DNA of 64,000 nt, from positions 62,001-126,000 of the forward strand of contig JBPGPT010000017.1 in assembly GCA_051047955.1 (NCBI GenBank), in the 5' to 3' direction. Every line of letters begins with the position of its first letter. Within the stretch, counting starts at the first letter, position 1. Of this stretch, positions 22,769 through 35,338 are shown one piece after another. The translations under genes were made by a program, and so were the position numbers. The notes below the pieces were generated by a model that worked only from the letters and a program-made list of their open reading frames with translations, was not told where the DNA came from and ran no database searches. The DNA comes from Cystobasidiomycetes sp. EMM_F5. Its lineage: Eukaryota.

Positions 22769-25700
22769 ATGGACAGCGGCGCGCAGGCCGAAGTCAACAA
22801 AATTTCACACAATGCGCCAGCGACTCCCAGCAATCCATGGGGCGGACTAACAAGGGTCAATGCGAGCGAAAGCTCACCCACAGCGGTAGTAGGAGGGTCT
22901 GCTGTAGGACGAGCTAGCAGGGCACCGGGCTCGGGCAGAGGCGACAGCTTCAATGCTGCCGTTGGAAATGTTGGTGCTGCAGCTATTGGCGCCGAGCGTG
23001 GAAGCCAGCCAGATTGGTTGGCGCAATCTACCGCATCTAGGCAACAGTACCTTGGTAGCACTCTTGCGTCGGCCGCCGAGCGACGCAATGGCAATCTATC
23101 CTCGCTCGATACTGCCACTCTTCCCCCCGGTAGCAACAAAGCTAATATGCAAGAGAGTCCGGTCTCATTGTCTTACAGTCAATTTCCACAATCTGCGGTC
23201 GTAAATCAGCTCAGTCCGCAGCAATTAGGTGGACTCGGGTCAGCTTCGCAGTCGCAGCAATCACGCTCTTTCTCAACCGGCGCCGTAGGCTCTATAGGAA
23301 GCGAAAGACGAGCGGTCAACGCTAGCATTCCAGATGGAACGAGTTCCGTGCGCTCATCAAGACCGCCATCGCCAGCAATGTCTGCTTCTATACAGTCTTT
23401 ACAATCTTCAATTCTTCCGTCAACCACGACACAACTGCCTGCGTTTCCGCAAAATCCAAAACTACATTCAAACGAAGCGGAGCCGTCCAATAATCTGTCC
23501 TCGATACCTCAGGTTGTCAGTCAGTCGTCGAATAACGAATTGGAGTCCGCTTTCGACGCCATGCTGCGCAGTAGTGTACTGTTTCAGGAGATGCTTGGAC
23601 GGGTTGCAATACTCGAAGGTCATGTGCATACTCTTCTGATGCATGCACTGCCTGCCAACCTCTCGTCCCAGTCACAGCCAAATGGCATTCCCTCCAATGG
23701 ATCCTTCCTGCCAGCTCCCGGAATGACAGCTCAATTTGACGGACTTCCAGCTCGCAGCCCAAGCGTCGTATCATCCAGCGCAAATTTGTTCTTGCCAAAT
23801 ACTCCTGGCGCCAGAAACCACAATCATTTCGCCTCCAGCCAATCTGGGCAAATTACAAATATTCAACATAGCATGACCGAGCCTTCTACGCCAACCACTG
23901 ATAAGGACGTCATCCGGCAACTGTCTGTGCAGCTTTCAGCTCTGGGAAACAACGTCGCACAACTCATGTCACAGCAGTCTGCTCTGGGTACGGGATTACC
24001 CGGCAGTACAGCGGGGCAGACAAACACAACAGCCGTTGTGAACGGTTCGTGGCCCTATGAGTCACCAAATCATACTCAGCCCCAACAGCATCATGGCCAT
24101 GGTCTGCCGCCGCACTTGATAGGTCGCCCTAACCTGTCTGGCCATCGGGCAGCCAGTTACGAAGTTTCCCGGAATAATATGCATCCTCGTGGCTTGTCTG
24201 CCAGTACTGCGGCATACGGTGAAGAGCGCGACATCGGCCGTGGTGTAGGACCCGGAGCGAGCAAGCGCGGTCCACATCATTTGCATGCCCCGACGCCCAT
24301 GGGAATGGGATCCCGACGCCATTCAGCCGATGTCGTTGACAATATGCATGCGGCGGCCGAGGGTCCAGCGGGACAAATTGCAGCTGGCGGAGTTGCAGGT
24401 CATGGCAATCAGTCCCTGATCGGAAAATGGGAGACTCTCGGCGTATCTGGCGACCTGTTGCGCGCCATTGTCAAATATGGTATCGGTCCGCCATCAAAGA
24501 TACAAATGAAGGCCATTCCATGCGTTCTCAGCTCTCAAGATATCGTAGCACAAGCAAGCGCAATACAAGAGCGCATACAATGCTATGTAAGCGATCGTGC
24601 AAGGCTTGAAAACCCTGTAAAGCTGACTCATAGTTCGCTCAGGTCATTCCTGCTCTTCAGCACGTTTATAACAATATCGCCCAGTCTGCCTTGCACAAGC
24701 TTAGCGAGAGTGCCGAGCTGCCAGCACAGCCGGCCAAGGGCGTTCAGGTCCTGATTCTTACTGCCACTATCGACCAAGCTGGCCAAGCCCATCGAATGTG
24801 TTTGGGTCTCGGGCAGTCTCTCGGTATATCTTCCGTGCTCGTCGTAGGCCAGGGTGACGCATCCAACGAACTCAACTCCCTTACCACAAAACCCCCTCAT
24901 GTACTGGTGGGAACGCCCCAGAAACTGTTAGACCTCCTCTCTGTCCGCACAATTCCCATTGACCGGCTGTCTTTGTTCATCATTGACGAAATGGACCAGT
25001 TGATTGCACGTAACTTGTCAGAGTACGTAAACAGCATGGCAAAACTATTGCCGCCACCATCCAGCGGTTCTGGCGACGTCGGAAGTCGCGAGCGCTCTCC
25101 CACGGCGTCGGTATCTAATGGTTACAAGAGTTTCAGAGCTGGTGACGCCCTGTCCTCGTCCTCCTCGCCGACACGATTGGCCGGGCACGAACGCCAGACT
25201 GCCATATTCTCCTGCACTGTACCTCAGGAAGTGCTAACTTTTGCCTCCGCATTGAATTTGCGTGAACCTGTCAGAGTCCTGGTTAGACGTGAGAACAACC
25301 AGGATAATTCCGGTACGTCTACACCGGCAACCAGCCTGCGCGGCATGAAGCATTATTTCCTTTATCTGGCTATGGGTGGAGGCCACCCCGGTGCCAGAAC
25401 TCCCGGAGGCCGACAGGACATGTCTATGGCTACGCGTGACTGGAAACTCGAGGCTTTAGCCGATCTCTGTTCGGATGCGGACTTTACACAGGCTGTGGTA
25501 TACTGTTCCACAATGGATGCAGTTGAGGCCGTATCGTACAAGTTGGCATCTCGCTCGGTAGACGCGCTGGCCTTACACGGAGACATGAGTCACTCGGCAC
25601 GACATGCCATCGTGTCCAAATTTCGGTCCGGAAGTACCTCGAACAGAGGCGGTCTGAAGCGAGTACTTGTCGTCATTGACAGTCTCTCTCGCACGCTGTC

Positions 25701-25990
25701 CGATATTCATCAAGTAGCCTTGGTCATCAATTACGACCTTCCACGCATCGCCGATGATTATATCCATCGGTGAGTAATAGTACCTTCGAACCTCAATTAT
25801 CAGCTCTTGATCTGACTTCCGCCATACCACCAGGGTTGCCTGTGCCGCTGCATCAGGCTATTCCAGAGCCGGCACGGCAATCAACATCGTGTCGAGCTCG
25901 GCAGATATCGATGTTCTCCGCAGCATTGAGTCATTCTATCGATTAAAAATCAATGAGCTTCCGCCGACATTGCAGAATGTAGCGTGGTAA
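22769..25990 (+). CDS. eIF4A-like DEAD-box-fold protein with long low-complexity N-terminus and degenerate catalytic motifs
   Basis: WETLGVSGDLLRAIVKYGIGPPSKIQMKAIP (Q motif), VGTPQKL, FIIDEMD, FSCT, LHGDM, LVINYDLP..YIHR; introns near 24587-24642 and 25770-25833. Confidence 0.85.
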
Positions 25991-26495
25991 TAATCTGGAG
26001 CATTGAGCTCGGCTCCGCATATACAACCTTTTTCTCTCTTATCGCATTTTCGCAATTGGTTAAGCATTATTGGCATCCCGCCCGGACTTAAGCAATGCCT
26101 CACCTATAAAATGGTGTAGATCTGTACAATGAAACGGTGGGGAAATGAGCAACGGATTCCGCACCTGGGTTCTCGGAAGTCACCTTGGATTGGTCTCAAG
26201 TAAGATACCTCGCTCGGAAAGGGGTTCAAGACGCGCATAGGGATGGATGGCTGGATGTATCGCGTATCGTGTAAAAGAAGCTAGTTCAGTAACACCTTGT
26301 AACTACACTCTCGTGGCAAATGTTCTGCTATCGCATACAGGTGGTTCTCGTGATCTTCGTAAGCAATGCTCTGATCCATTCGGACATCCTCCCTCTACGC
26401 CAATGTTTGGCGGCGATATGAACGGCAGATTGGCATGAAAGCTTCACAGCAAATGATGTTTGCATGTTTCGGGCGGCCATGCACACCCTCAATGA

Positions 26496-29400
26496 TTACT
26501 TTTTCTTACTCTTGCTCTTTTTGCGGGTATCCTCATCATCAGAGCCGTCTCGGGCGGCCTTCTTCTTATCTGACTTGGCAGCCTTCTCCTCTTGCTCACT
26601 CCAATCTTCGCCTTCGTCCGACAAATCTTCAGATACGTCACTCTCTGATTGATCCTCGCTAAAGCTGCTCTCAGACTCGCTTTCCTCTTCATCAAAGTCA
26701 GATCCCTATGTACGAGGCGAAGTCACGCAAGTTTAGCTTATGCAGAGGTTTTACAGCATTCTGCTCACCGGATTAAAAGCACTCTCCGCCGATGACTCTT
26801 CATCTTCGCCATCGGTTCCGGCGCCGCCTTCCTGGGTCAGGAAATCCCAGCCGCCTTCCCTGAAGAACTCGTATGGGTCATCGGTAACAGTTTTCATCTG
26901 CAATGTTGGGCACACTTTCCTCAGCATCGGGGAATCTGATGGGAGCACAAACAGGCACATACAATTTGTGCCCAATTAAGATTGAGCGGTCCCTCCGAGA
27001 AAGGTATATCCACCGAATTGAGCCAATCTTTGACCTCCTCCAGGGCCTTTGCGGGAATGGCATTGATATGGATGGGTGGCCGCTTGAAATCTTGCATGAC
27101 GAAAACAAGATCGAAGTTCTGAGCGTTGCATGTACTTCAGTGACGCACATCATAGGGTTTATGCTTCATTCTTACTCTGAGACTGTATTGCACACGTTCG
27201 AGATGAGCGACCTCGACCTCATTGATTGGGATAACAAGCGTAGGCGCTTCGGTCAAATAGACCAGCGCATCCGTAGAAGGCTGAATAAGAACGTTGGATC
27301 GGAAAGGTACACCGCCGAAACCAAGCTCGCGGAAGGGAATGTCAACGTCAAAGCGGCCGTTCGACTACAAGGATGTTCAGATGGCACACTAAATGTTGAA
27401 AATATTTGGCTTACAGCATCTGAGACCTTGTCGGCAAATGTCTTGAATTCCTTGTTCAAGCGAGCGCGGTGACGTAATTCTTCTTGCTCATCTTCTATCT
27501 CATCTTCATCGTACCGTCTTCTTCGTTTCTTGTTACCTGTCTCGTCGAACGATGCTTCCGAGACTTCGCGGTAGAAAGTGATATCCTTTGTCTTCTTTTT
27601 GCCAATGATAATTGGCGACTTAAGGTGGACATGTATCAGGACAATCAACTCGTGATCACAAGGTTGAAAGAATAGATGCTTGACGTTGTTGAAGAGGATG
27701 TCTGACGATTGCGAAATTTAGCAAGAGTCGAGGATACCGCATTGCGGGTCTAAATGCGGTTTTAGGCTTACCCACTTTGTGGTCACTTCTCGCAGAAGAT
27801 GACCACCTGATGCCATTTTGATGGATCTCGACGTCTCCAGCTGATCGCTTGCCTTCAAATCCAGGGCGTAGGGAAGTATCTTGTAGTTTGACTGGCCTCT
27901 TGTGTTCAATCAGATTATCCTGCTCGACAACATCGGCCATCTCGCGCCGTTCCGTTTCTCGCTTTGTTGCGTTCTTCTTTAGATCGGTAATTTCCTTGTG
28001 TATGGCTGCGAAGCGCGCAGAGTCTTGACTACGATACGTGATACCTCTAATGAAGGTAGCAGAGTCGTCTTCAAACGGCGTATCCTCCTTCTTGCCAACA
28101 ATTTGACCAGGTGTCACAAACATGAATCTGATGACTGTGTAGTCACCTTCTTCCTGTTTTACAGCACTTTTGAGGGTGTTGATGTGAAATGGCACCATAA
28201 AGCCACTGATGGGCAAAATGATCGTTTGACGACGATGATCAACCATGATCTGTACAGAGCAGTCAGCACGTGAGACCTGAAGAAAGCATTCCCGCGCCAC
28301 TATACCTTCATGTCTTTGACGTGATCGGGCAGCATGGCCTCGCGGGGGTAACTTTCAAATCGCTTCCAGCGCTTCTTGGTCTCGCCCAAGGCCTTTGCAT
28401 CGTCCGGATCTGCATACTTTTCCAGTCCCGCTTCTCTCCGCTTCTCCATCAGCTCTCGTTGATGTTCCCGTCTTTGTATGGCTGCCTGTTGGTCATCTTT
28501 GTTTTCATTTCGGAGTTTTGACTTCATGATAGCGTTGGACCGTGTCGACTTGGTGGGAGCCTTCTTCTCCTTGCCATTCGGCTTGCTCTTGGTGCTCTTG
28601 TCTTCCCCACCCTCAAAGTAGAAGATGACGTCGTTCTTGCTTTTCGTCCCGTCCGACAAGAATGCGCACCCGTTTTGGCCGGCTTTGACAGTATCCAGTA
28701 GTAATAGCGAGTACACCTGCTTCTTGTTCTTGTCCTTCGGGTCGGGAATATCGCTGAAGCCGAGAGACAGACTGAATATCATGTCCTTCTTGACGGGACG
28801 AGCACACTTGGGGCCAATGACATAGCTTGATTCCCGAAACTCGATACCGACAATGAATCCAAGAGTCTTGACAAAGTACTGCTCCAACTCTGGCTTCTCG
28901 TTGTGGATCTTGCTCACCACGGCAGCGTATGCATCTTTGATAAGTGCCCCAGCATGTAATTGCTGCATGCAGAACTCCTGTAAATCCAGTAGGAAAAGAT
29001 AGTTGGCTTCTTGCGTCTGCGGAGACGTCAATAAGTCAGCACAGTGAACAGGCATCGACTCTACCCTGCGCGCACCGGATGAGGATCGATCAAGAATGTC
29101 CTTGCAACATTCGAACAATATGATTTGTATCGAATACCCATCGAAGCAAGAATGACACCGAGCTTGAGTCGCTGATCATCAGACTGGGCGGAAGACTTGA
29201 GATCGTAGTTTCCTCCAGACTGGATGATGGGGCTGTAGCACCATTCCGAAAAGCCACGATCTATTCTAGATCCATCGCTTGGCTTGAATTTTAGCCAATA
29301 AGCACCATCCTCGAGCTTTGCCTCAATCTGCTCTGCGAGCTTTTCGTGCGTAATCTTTTTGTCCGATTCGATGACATCGCTCATTTGTTCCGTAAAGTAG

Positions 29401-30330
29401 TTGATCATGCGGACAGTCATCTCTGCCGCGCATCTTTGCTTGACCTGCGGAGATGATAATTTAGTTGCCTGGCACCGAGGCATTACCCTGCTTGACCACT
29501 CACAATCTCCTCGCCATCCTTCACTGCCAGTACGCCTGCGAGAACAGCACCCACATCTTTGGCATCCAGATCTGCGTTGCTGTCTTTGAGGAATGTTTGC
29601 CATTCGTCTGTGAATTTACCCTTGAACTTGTCCTTTGGCAGTGTACCTACGGCTCCCTGTAATCCCATCTCAGCACTATCATCGACCATCACTAGACGCG
29701 TAGCACCCTACTCTTTGCTTAACTTCCTCAACTATCCGTTCGAAAAAGCTCTTGTTTTGCGCTTCATCCTTGGCTCGTCCTAATACTTCCACTGTTGGCC
29801 AATCGTCCCCAGATTCTGATTTCGATGTTGGCGGGGTCATCAGTGGCTGTAGGTATTTAGCTGTCACAAGTTTCAACGTCAAAAGACTGCCACGCTTCAG
29901 ATGGGCGATGATCCGGCGTACCTTTTCCACTAGACATAACAAAGATAACTTTGGTCGGCGAGATCACGGTGAGAACGGAGGTGAATTCGTAGCCGAGTAG
30001 CCATGTCTGCAAATGTCGCGCTAAGTCAGCATGCTGGTGGACGTGAGCTATAATAGAGTCTAGAGTTGGTGACTGACCTGCAACGCGGTTGTCTTTTTGT
30101 ATGGATTGTCTTCGTCGTGCGCGCCAGCTATGAGCAGTATACTGCCGACACCATCCAGCGACACCGAGGGGTCGTTCTGGTTATTCTGCAAGCGAGACCA
30201 ATAAGGTCAGTCTGGCGTTCAGAATCTGGCCTACATTCTCCCAAAACACCAAACTCACCCTCCAGCAGTCTCGTATCTGGTCCAGACGCTGGTAGAATAC
30301 GCCAATATCCACGCTGACTCCTTCCGACAT
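26496..30330 (-). CDS. SPT16: FACT complex subunit Spt16
   Basis: [92 protein letters not shown]; acidic C-terminus; many introns. Confidence 0.96.
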
Positions 30331-30717
30331 TGTAGCCGCTGTTCTTTGCGCAGGTGTTTCTCAGGAAGGGCTCCCTAGGACTGCCGCTTGCTTGTTGTGT
30401 GAGCCGCGGACTAGCTGAGCGGCTCTTGTACGATATTCTTATTCTGCTCTGAGACTGTCGTATACTGGCGCCAAGTGCTGCAGTCCACGCCGAGTTGTGC
30501 AGAAGTAAGATGGAAAGAGCGTGTAAAGCTCGGTGGCGATGGAGACGCGTAGTGGGAGTCCACCAAACATGGCCAAGCAGGGAATTATTCAGTATACGCC
30601 TAGTGTGTACGCTACATGTGGAACTATCGTCAATCGAGCATAGAAAACAACGACAAATTACAGTATTCCCCCACGTCGACGGATCTTGAGCAAATGCACC
30701 CCGCATACACACCTTTG

Positions 30718-31838
30718 CTACTGCTGCTGTTGATTCTGCCGCCGCTGAGCAGCTTGAAGTATAGCTTGCCGCCTCTGCTCCAGCTCCCACGCTCCTTCCT
30801 CCTGGCTGACCGGGGTTTTTGGCTTCCGCGAGGAGACCGAACTTTTTGGTCCGTGCCCGGCTTTAGCACTCCCACACATCTGCTCGACCTCCCTCTCATC
30901 CACCTCGTACGCTTCCCCGACTTCGCCTCCTAATCTATGCGCACCGGCTGATTTGGCTTCCTCGAATGCCGTGACTTCCTTGTTCAGCATAGAGTTGAGC
31001 GTCTTGAAATTCTCATCGTGGTCGCCGTACTTGTTGTGCGTCAACTCATGGAGCAGTACCATTCGAGTTGAATTGTACTGTGGTCAAAATCTTGTGTCAG
31101 AGTAAGGGAAGGTTAACGGTATCTTTACACCTACCGACCGCAGACCAGACAAATCATCAGTCATCAGACGTAACTCGACTGATTGACCTGCATTCCGGTT
31201 CAAGCCGAGGAGAGTAGGATCCCGATGTGGGTGCAGCTCAGTCAGTAGTCCGACAGTCCAGCTTCGCCTCTTCATACAGTCTGTGAATTATAGTAGAGTC
31301 AGCGATTATCAATTGGGCCTTGTATAAGGGCGAACTTGCCGAGGACAGCCTCATCCTTGGATAGTTTCTCCAGACGCTCTTTGCGGAGCGATTCGTGTGG
31401 ACAGCCTTGGAGTACCTCTATGCGACCAAAAGCAGCTGCGCCACTGCTAGCAAGGTGATTGAGATCCACGACTGTCTTTCCAGCAGTTGCCGTCTTTCTA
31501 GGCTGTACCGACTGTCTTGAAGCCGCTATACCGAGACGTCTCTGCAGTGCGGCGCCTTGATCTTGCAACGCTTTTATCGAATCGACTCGACTGCCAATGA
31601 CGCTAATCTTGGCAGTGTCGACAATTCCAAGTGCCGATAGTACTTGCTCTGCTTCCGACCCATCGACAGGCAGCGCTCTTCCTTTATATATGATCTTTTG
31701 ACCAGCTGCTGGTATCGACAGTCGTTTCTCCAGCACCTGCCGCAGTTCTGCGACAGAGCCGCTTTTAGTCAGCTCGACACGGATGGATTGCCCAGCATGC
31801 AGCACAGTCAGCGAGAGCAGGTCTGGAGATATTGACAT
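30718..31838 (-). CDS. ubiquitin-like + WLM-domain metalloprotease (Wss1 family)
   Basis: N-terminal UBL (LSIPAAGQKIIYKGR), WTVGLLTELHP..LLGLNRNAGQSVELRL, HExxH motif LLHELTHNKYGDHD; first intron is GC-AG. Confidence 0.88.
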
Positions 31839-32249
31839 AATGGTACAGAGTGGGTCGAGAGATAATGTTAGCTGTCCATGACGGACTTGAGCGCGTTGGC
31901 CGGAACAGAGGGTCCTGGAACAAAGTAGAAATCCGAAAGCCGCGTCATCCAAGGAGACGTTGACTAGGAAGTCAGAAGATTAACGCAGGACATGTCTGGT
32001 ACTCCATATATGCCTTCAATGTCTAATCATTGGCTATCACTCGTTGCAGCGGAATCCGTATGGCTCAAATTGTCAACAACTTGAAAGTGCCTTTCGAACA
32101 GCGCCTGCCTGTGGATCAGTATGAAGCTTCATTGTTATCTACAGAGCCACCCTTGCTCTCAGACACCGTTTTCTGTATAGTAACTCTTGCATGTGCATGT
32201 GTGTACACATACTCCAGCTTTATGTTTTGTCTCTTGATTCCACGCGCAA

Positions 32250-33713
32250 ATGGCATCCGCCGCCAGACATCTGCTAAACCCGCTAGCGACACCTGAACAG
32301 GTTGCATGCACGCCCTCGAGGAGTGATGGAGTCAGCGAGCAGCTCGAGCGAGACTTGCGCGCCTGCAAGTCCGATTCACACGCACTTGTAGGGAGCACTT
32401 GAATTGACGGATCAATTACAGATGGCGCTCTTCTCATTCAGCAAGCTGGAATACAGCTACGCGCTCCTCAAGTCGTCATGACGACTGCTGCAGTCATGTT
32501 TCAGCGGTTCTGGTACGTGAGCAGTATGAAGAATTATGGCGTCAAGGTGTGTGGACCATTCGCCTGGGGCTAGGGGGAAACCGCAAGGACGCCCTAGCTA
32601 CACCGTCGATAAAGGAACGTTGAGGTGCTTTCTCGAATGGCAGCGTTAAATTTGTGCACTACCAACGGAACATGTGCACCCCGTCGACGTTCTTTCTTGC
32701 AAATTCACTCGTATCGGATCCGAATCATCTACATCAAACATGGCCTGCCGTGCCCTCGATTTGGCTTTCAATCCCATGTCTACAAACTCCCCCACGCTGG
32801 ATTTCCTGCCATTTCGCCCAGTAGGACATTGCAGCCGCAGCGCTCTTTCTATCTTCAAAATTGGAAGAACATCCAATAAGAATACGAGATCTCATCAATA
32901 GTTTTGATTATCTCATCAAAAGAGTTCAATGGGAAGCCAGTCAGATAGCTATTGAACGTGCTCGGAGCGTGGCGTCGGGTTTTAATGACGGCAACGAAAA
33001 GCTTACAGCTGGATACGCTGCACCTGCAGTGTTCGTATACGAACCAATGGATTACTTTGCAAAGGAATTTTATGACTTCAAGGATGAAGTTGTGATTGGG
33101 GAATCGCAAATACTAAAGGTACGAAGTCGAAAATAGGAACATCTTGCGGACTCGCCAACTGAGACACTTGCTACAGCGTCTAGGCTTCAACGCGACGGTG
33201 CAAAATCCATACGGCAACATAGTCAACTACCTCCAAGTTCTTAGCTTAACAGACCATGCGACCATACCACAAAAAGCATGGAGTTTTGCCAATGACATGT
33301 ACGTACCACCCTTGCCATTCGGAAATGGCAGGCTGCTGACCCTTCCCTCCAGTCTTCTCACTCCATTACTAGCGATCCATCCGGCTCACGTCATTTCCGT
33401 CGCATGCCTGTATCTCGCCTGCCTGACTGCGTCACCTCAGGTTGTGCTTCCGACAGACCCTGCTCCGTGGTGGGAGCTGTTCGACATCGATGACGAAGAA
33501 GACATATGGACAATATGTCGTTGTCTGCTCGACCTGTATCGGAGATGGACAGGAGACGATGATATTGCGTGGATCTGCCAGATATTTCCTCAGGAGGGCA
33601 ATGGGATGTTGGCGGACGAGCCGGTGCGGAGAAGGAGCATCTGGCGGCAGGCTGCAATGCTGCGGTTGCCAATTATGAAGAGCGACGTGAGAGATTTTTT
33701 GGGCAAGAGCTAA
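32250..33713 (+). CDS. cyclin L-family cyclin (splicing-associated)
   Basis: NPLATPEQVACTPSRSDGV..DLRA|YGALLIQQAG..QVVMTTAAVMFQRFWYVSSMK|DIAAAALFLSSKLEEHPIRIRDLIN, ESQILK|RLGFN; introns include 32365-32421 (GC-AG) and 32547-32824. Confidence 0.88.
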
Positions 33714-34275
33714 GGGAGTAGGTTGCTATAACATGGCATCACACGAGAGGCTTCGGCCAAGGGAAGCGTTGATGTGATATACAACGTGTGATGGCGTTGT
33801 GAGTCAGTGAACTGCAAGTTAATGAGATTCGGCACAACCTTTGATGTCTCGAGCGCCGAGGCCCTCCGCTGGCCGTTGACGGTCATGTCTCACCGCACCC
33901 GAAGCTACCGTCGCCCCTTGTCAACAGACCAAAATGATGGCGTGGGTCGGCCAGAAGATTCCGCGCTGAACTCGAAATCTTAGCATGGCCGGTTGTTAGG
34001 CGACTAATGGCAAACTAATCATTTGGGAATGCATGGCTAATTTAGCGCGTCCTTGCACGCTGGGCCCCAACTAACATCGCTCTCAAAAACATTGACAGTC
34101 GAGCTGGACTCTGCTTCTTACTGTGCCATCCACGACATCCTCTTAACATCACCACTCATTCCTGGTCAACACCGCATTGGCACCTTGTTTGGTCGTACAA
34201 CGCGTTCGAAAACGGACGGCGACAGACGCCCATCACAATACCAGAAGATAGACTGTCTTCATCGCAAATGTCAAG

Positions 34276-35028
34276 ATGCATCATATAGCATTGTCATTTA
34301 CGCTCCTTGGCTTTATGCGCGGTGCTGCCGCCCAGGTCGTTTTGGCAGGTCCAGCAAGCTATACGCCTATCACATCCTCGATGGTCAATCTCATCACCGT
34401 TACAGACGGTCTGCCTACGATGCTCGTCACTGCGCCAGGCACCACTTCAAACAATCCAGCCGTAGCGGTTGCTACAGACGTGTCGTCAACGAGTGCGGTG
34501 GCCTCACCTCCCTCGTCCCTCATTGGGGATGGACTCTCCACTGCCCTCTCTACCACCGCGACCGCAGACGCGCAGACGAGTATATCGGAGTCAACCACCA
34601 CATCGACTTCAGACACAGTCCTTAGCACCGTACCTTCTTCCACCGGTCTCATCACTGCTCCCGGTGCCTCCGATGCATCAAGCTTCATTTCAAGTTCCAG
34701 CACCTCTGCTACCACTGAATCTGCTCCCACGTTGCGCACCTCTGCTCCACAGGCTCAGCCTTTAGACTTTTCGCCAGATTCGACGGGCACTCGACCACTA
34801 GCATCGTCATCCGCGCCGTCAGGCTTTACGTATATCACAGCGACAATGACTATAACCTTTGAGGAGGGATCGTCTACCAGGACGAGCGTGTTTGAGACTG
34901 TCATTCCTACGAAAGCCTTTGATACGCTCCCCCAACCTGCGAGTGGAGCAACACTATCGGTGAAGGCTTTTGCAGTCCAGTCGATGACTATCTGCTGCAT
35001 GACGCTGCTTGCCGTCGTGCTGGTATGA
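34276..35028 (+). CDS. secreted Ser/Thr-rich, probably GPI-anchored protein
   Basis: Signal peptide MHHIALSFTLLGFMRGAAA, T/S-rich body, hydrophobic C-terminus MTLLAVVLV*. Confidence 0.75.
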   Translation: MHHIALSFTLLGFMRGAAAQVVLAGPASYTPITSSMVNLITVTDGLPTMLVTAPGTTSNNPAVAVATDVSSTSAVASPPSSLIGDGLSTALSTTATADAQTSISESTTTSTSDTVLSTVPSSTGLITAPGASDASSFISSSSTSATTESAPTLRTSAPQAQPLDFSPDSTGTRPLASSSAPSGFTYITATMTITFEEGSSTRTSVFETVIPTKAFDTLPQPASGATLSVKAFAVQSMTICCMTLLAVVLV

Positions 35029-35299
35029 GTCTCTGATCAGCCTCTTGCGATCAGTCGTTCACGTAAGTGACAAGACGCAGCAAATCGGGTACAAGATGAT
35101 TATTGATCCTGACAACATTTTATCGGATCTGATGTACAACAGGTACAGTCTGTAGACATCGTGGTCGGCCTACAATGTGCGCAAACATAAAAAAGTCGCG
35201 AAGACTGTTGATAGTTCGAAGATTCAGACTTTCGTGCGAATATAATTGGAACGGAAAGCCAAAGAACCGTAGAGGAGAATCGCCAATCAGCTTGAGGCG

Positions 35300-35300
<1 letters not shown>

Positions 35301-35330
<30 letters not shown>
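35301..35330. repeat. (GAT)10 microsatellite
   Basis: Ten perfect GAT units, 8 nt past the stop of the minus-strand gene ending at 35339. Confidence 0.95.
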
Positions 35331-35338
35331 CGCTCTTG

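Noticed and set aside
32547..32824. TPP riboswitch or H/ACA snoRNA in the cyclin L intron
   Set aside because: No TPP core (CTGAGA, CTGAT) and no clear ANANNA/ACA boxes.
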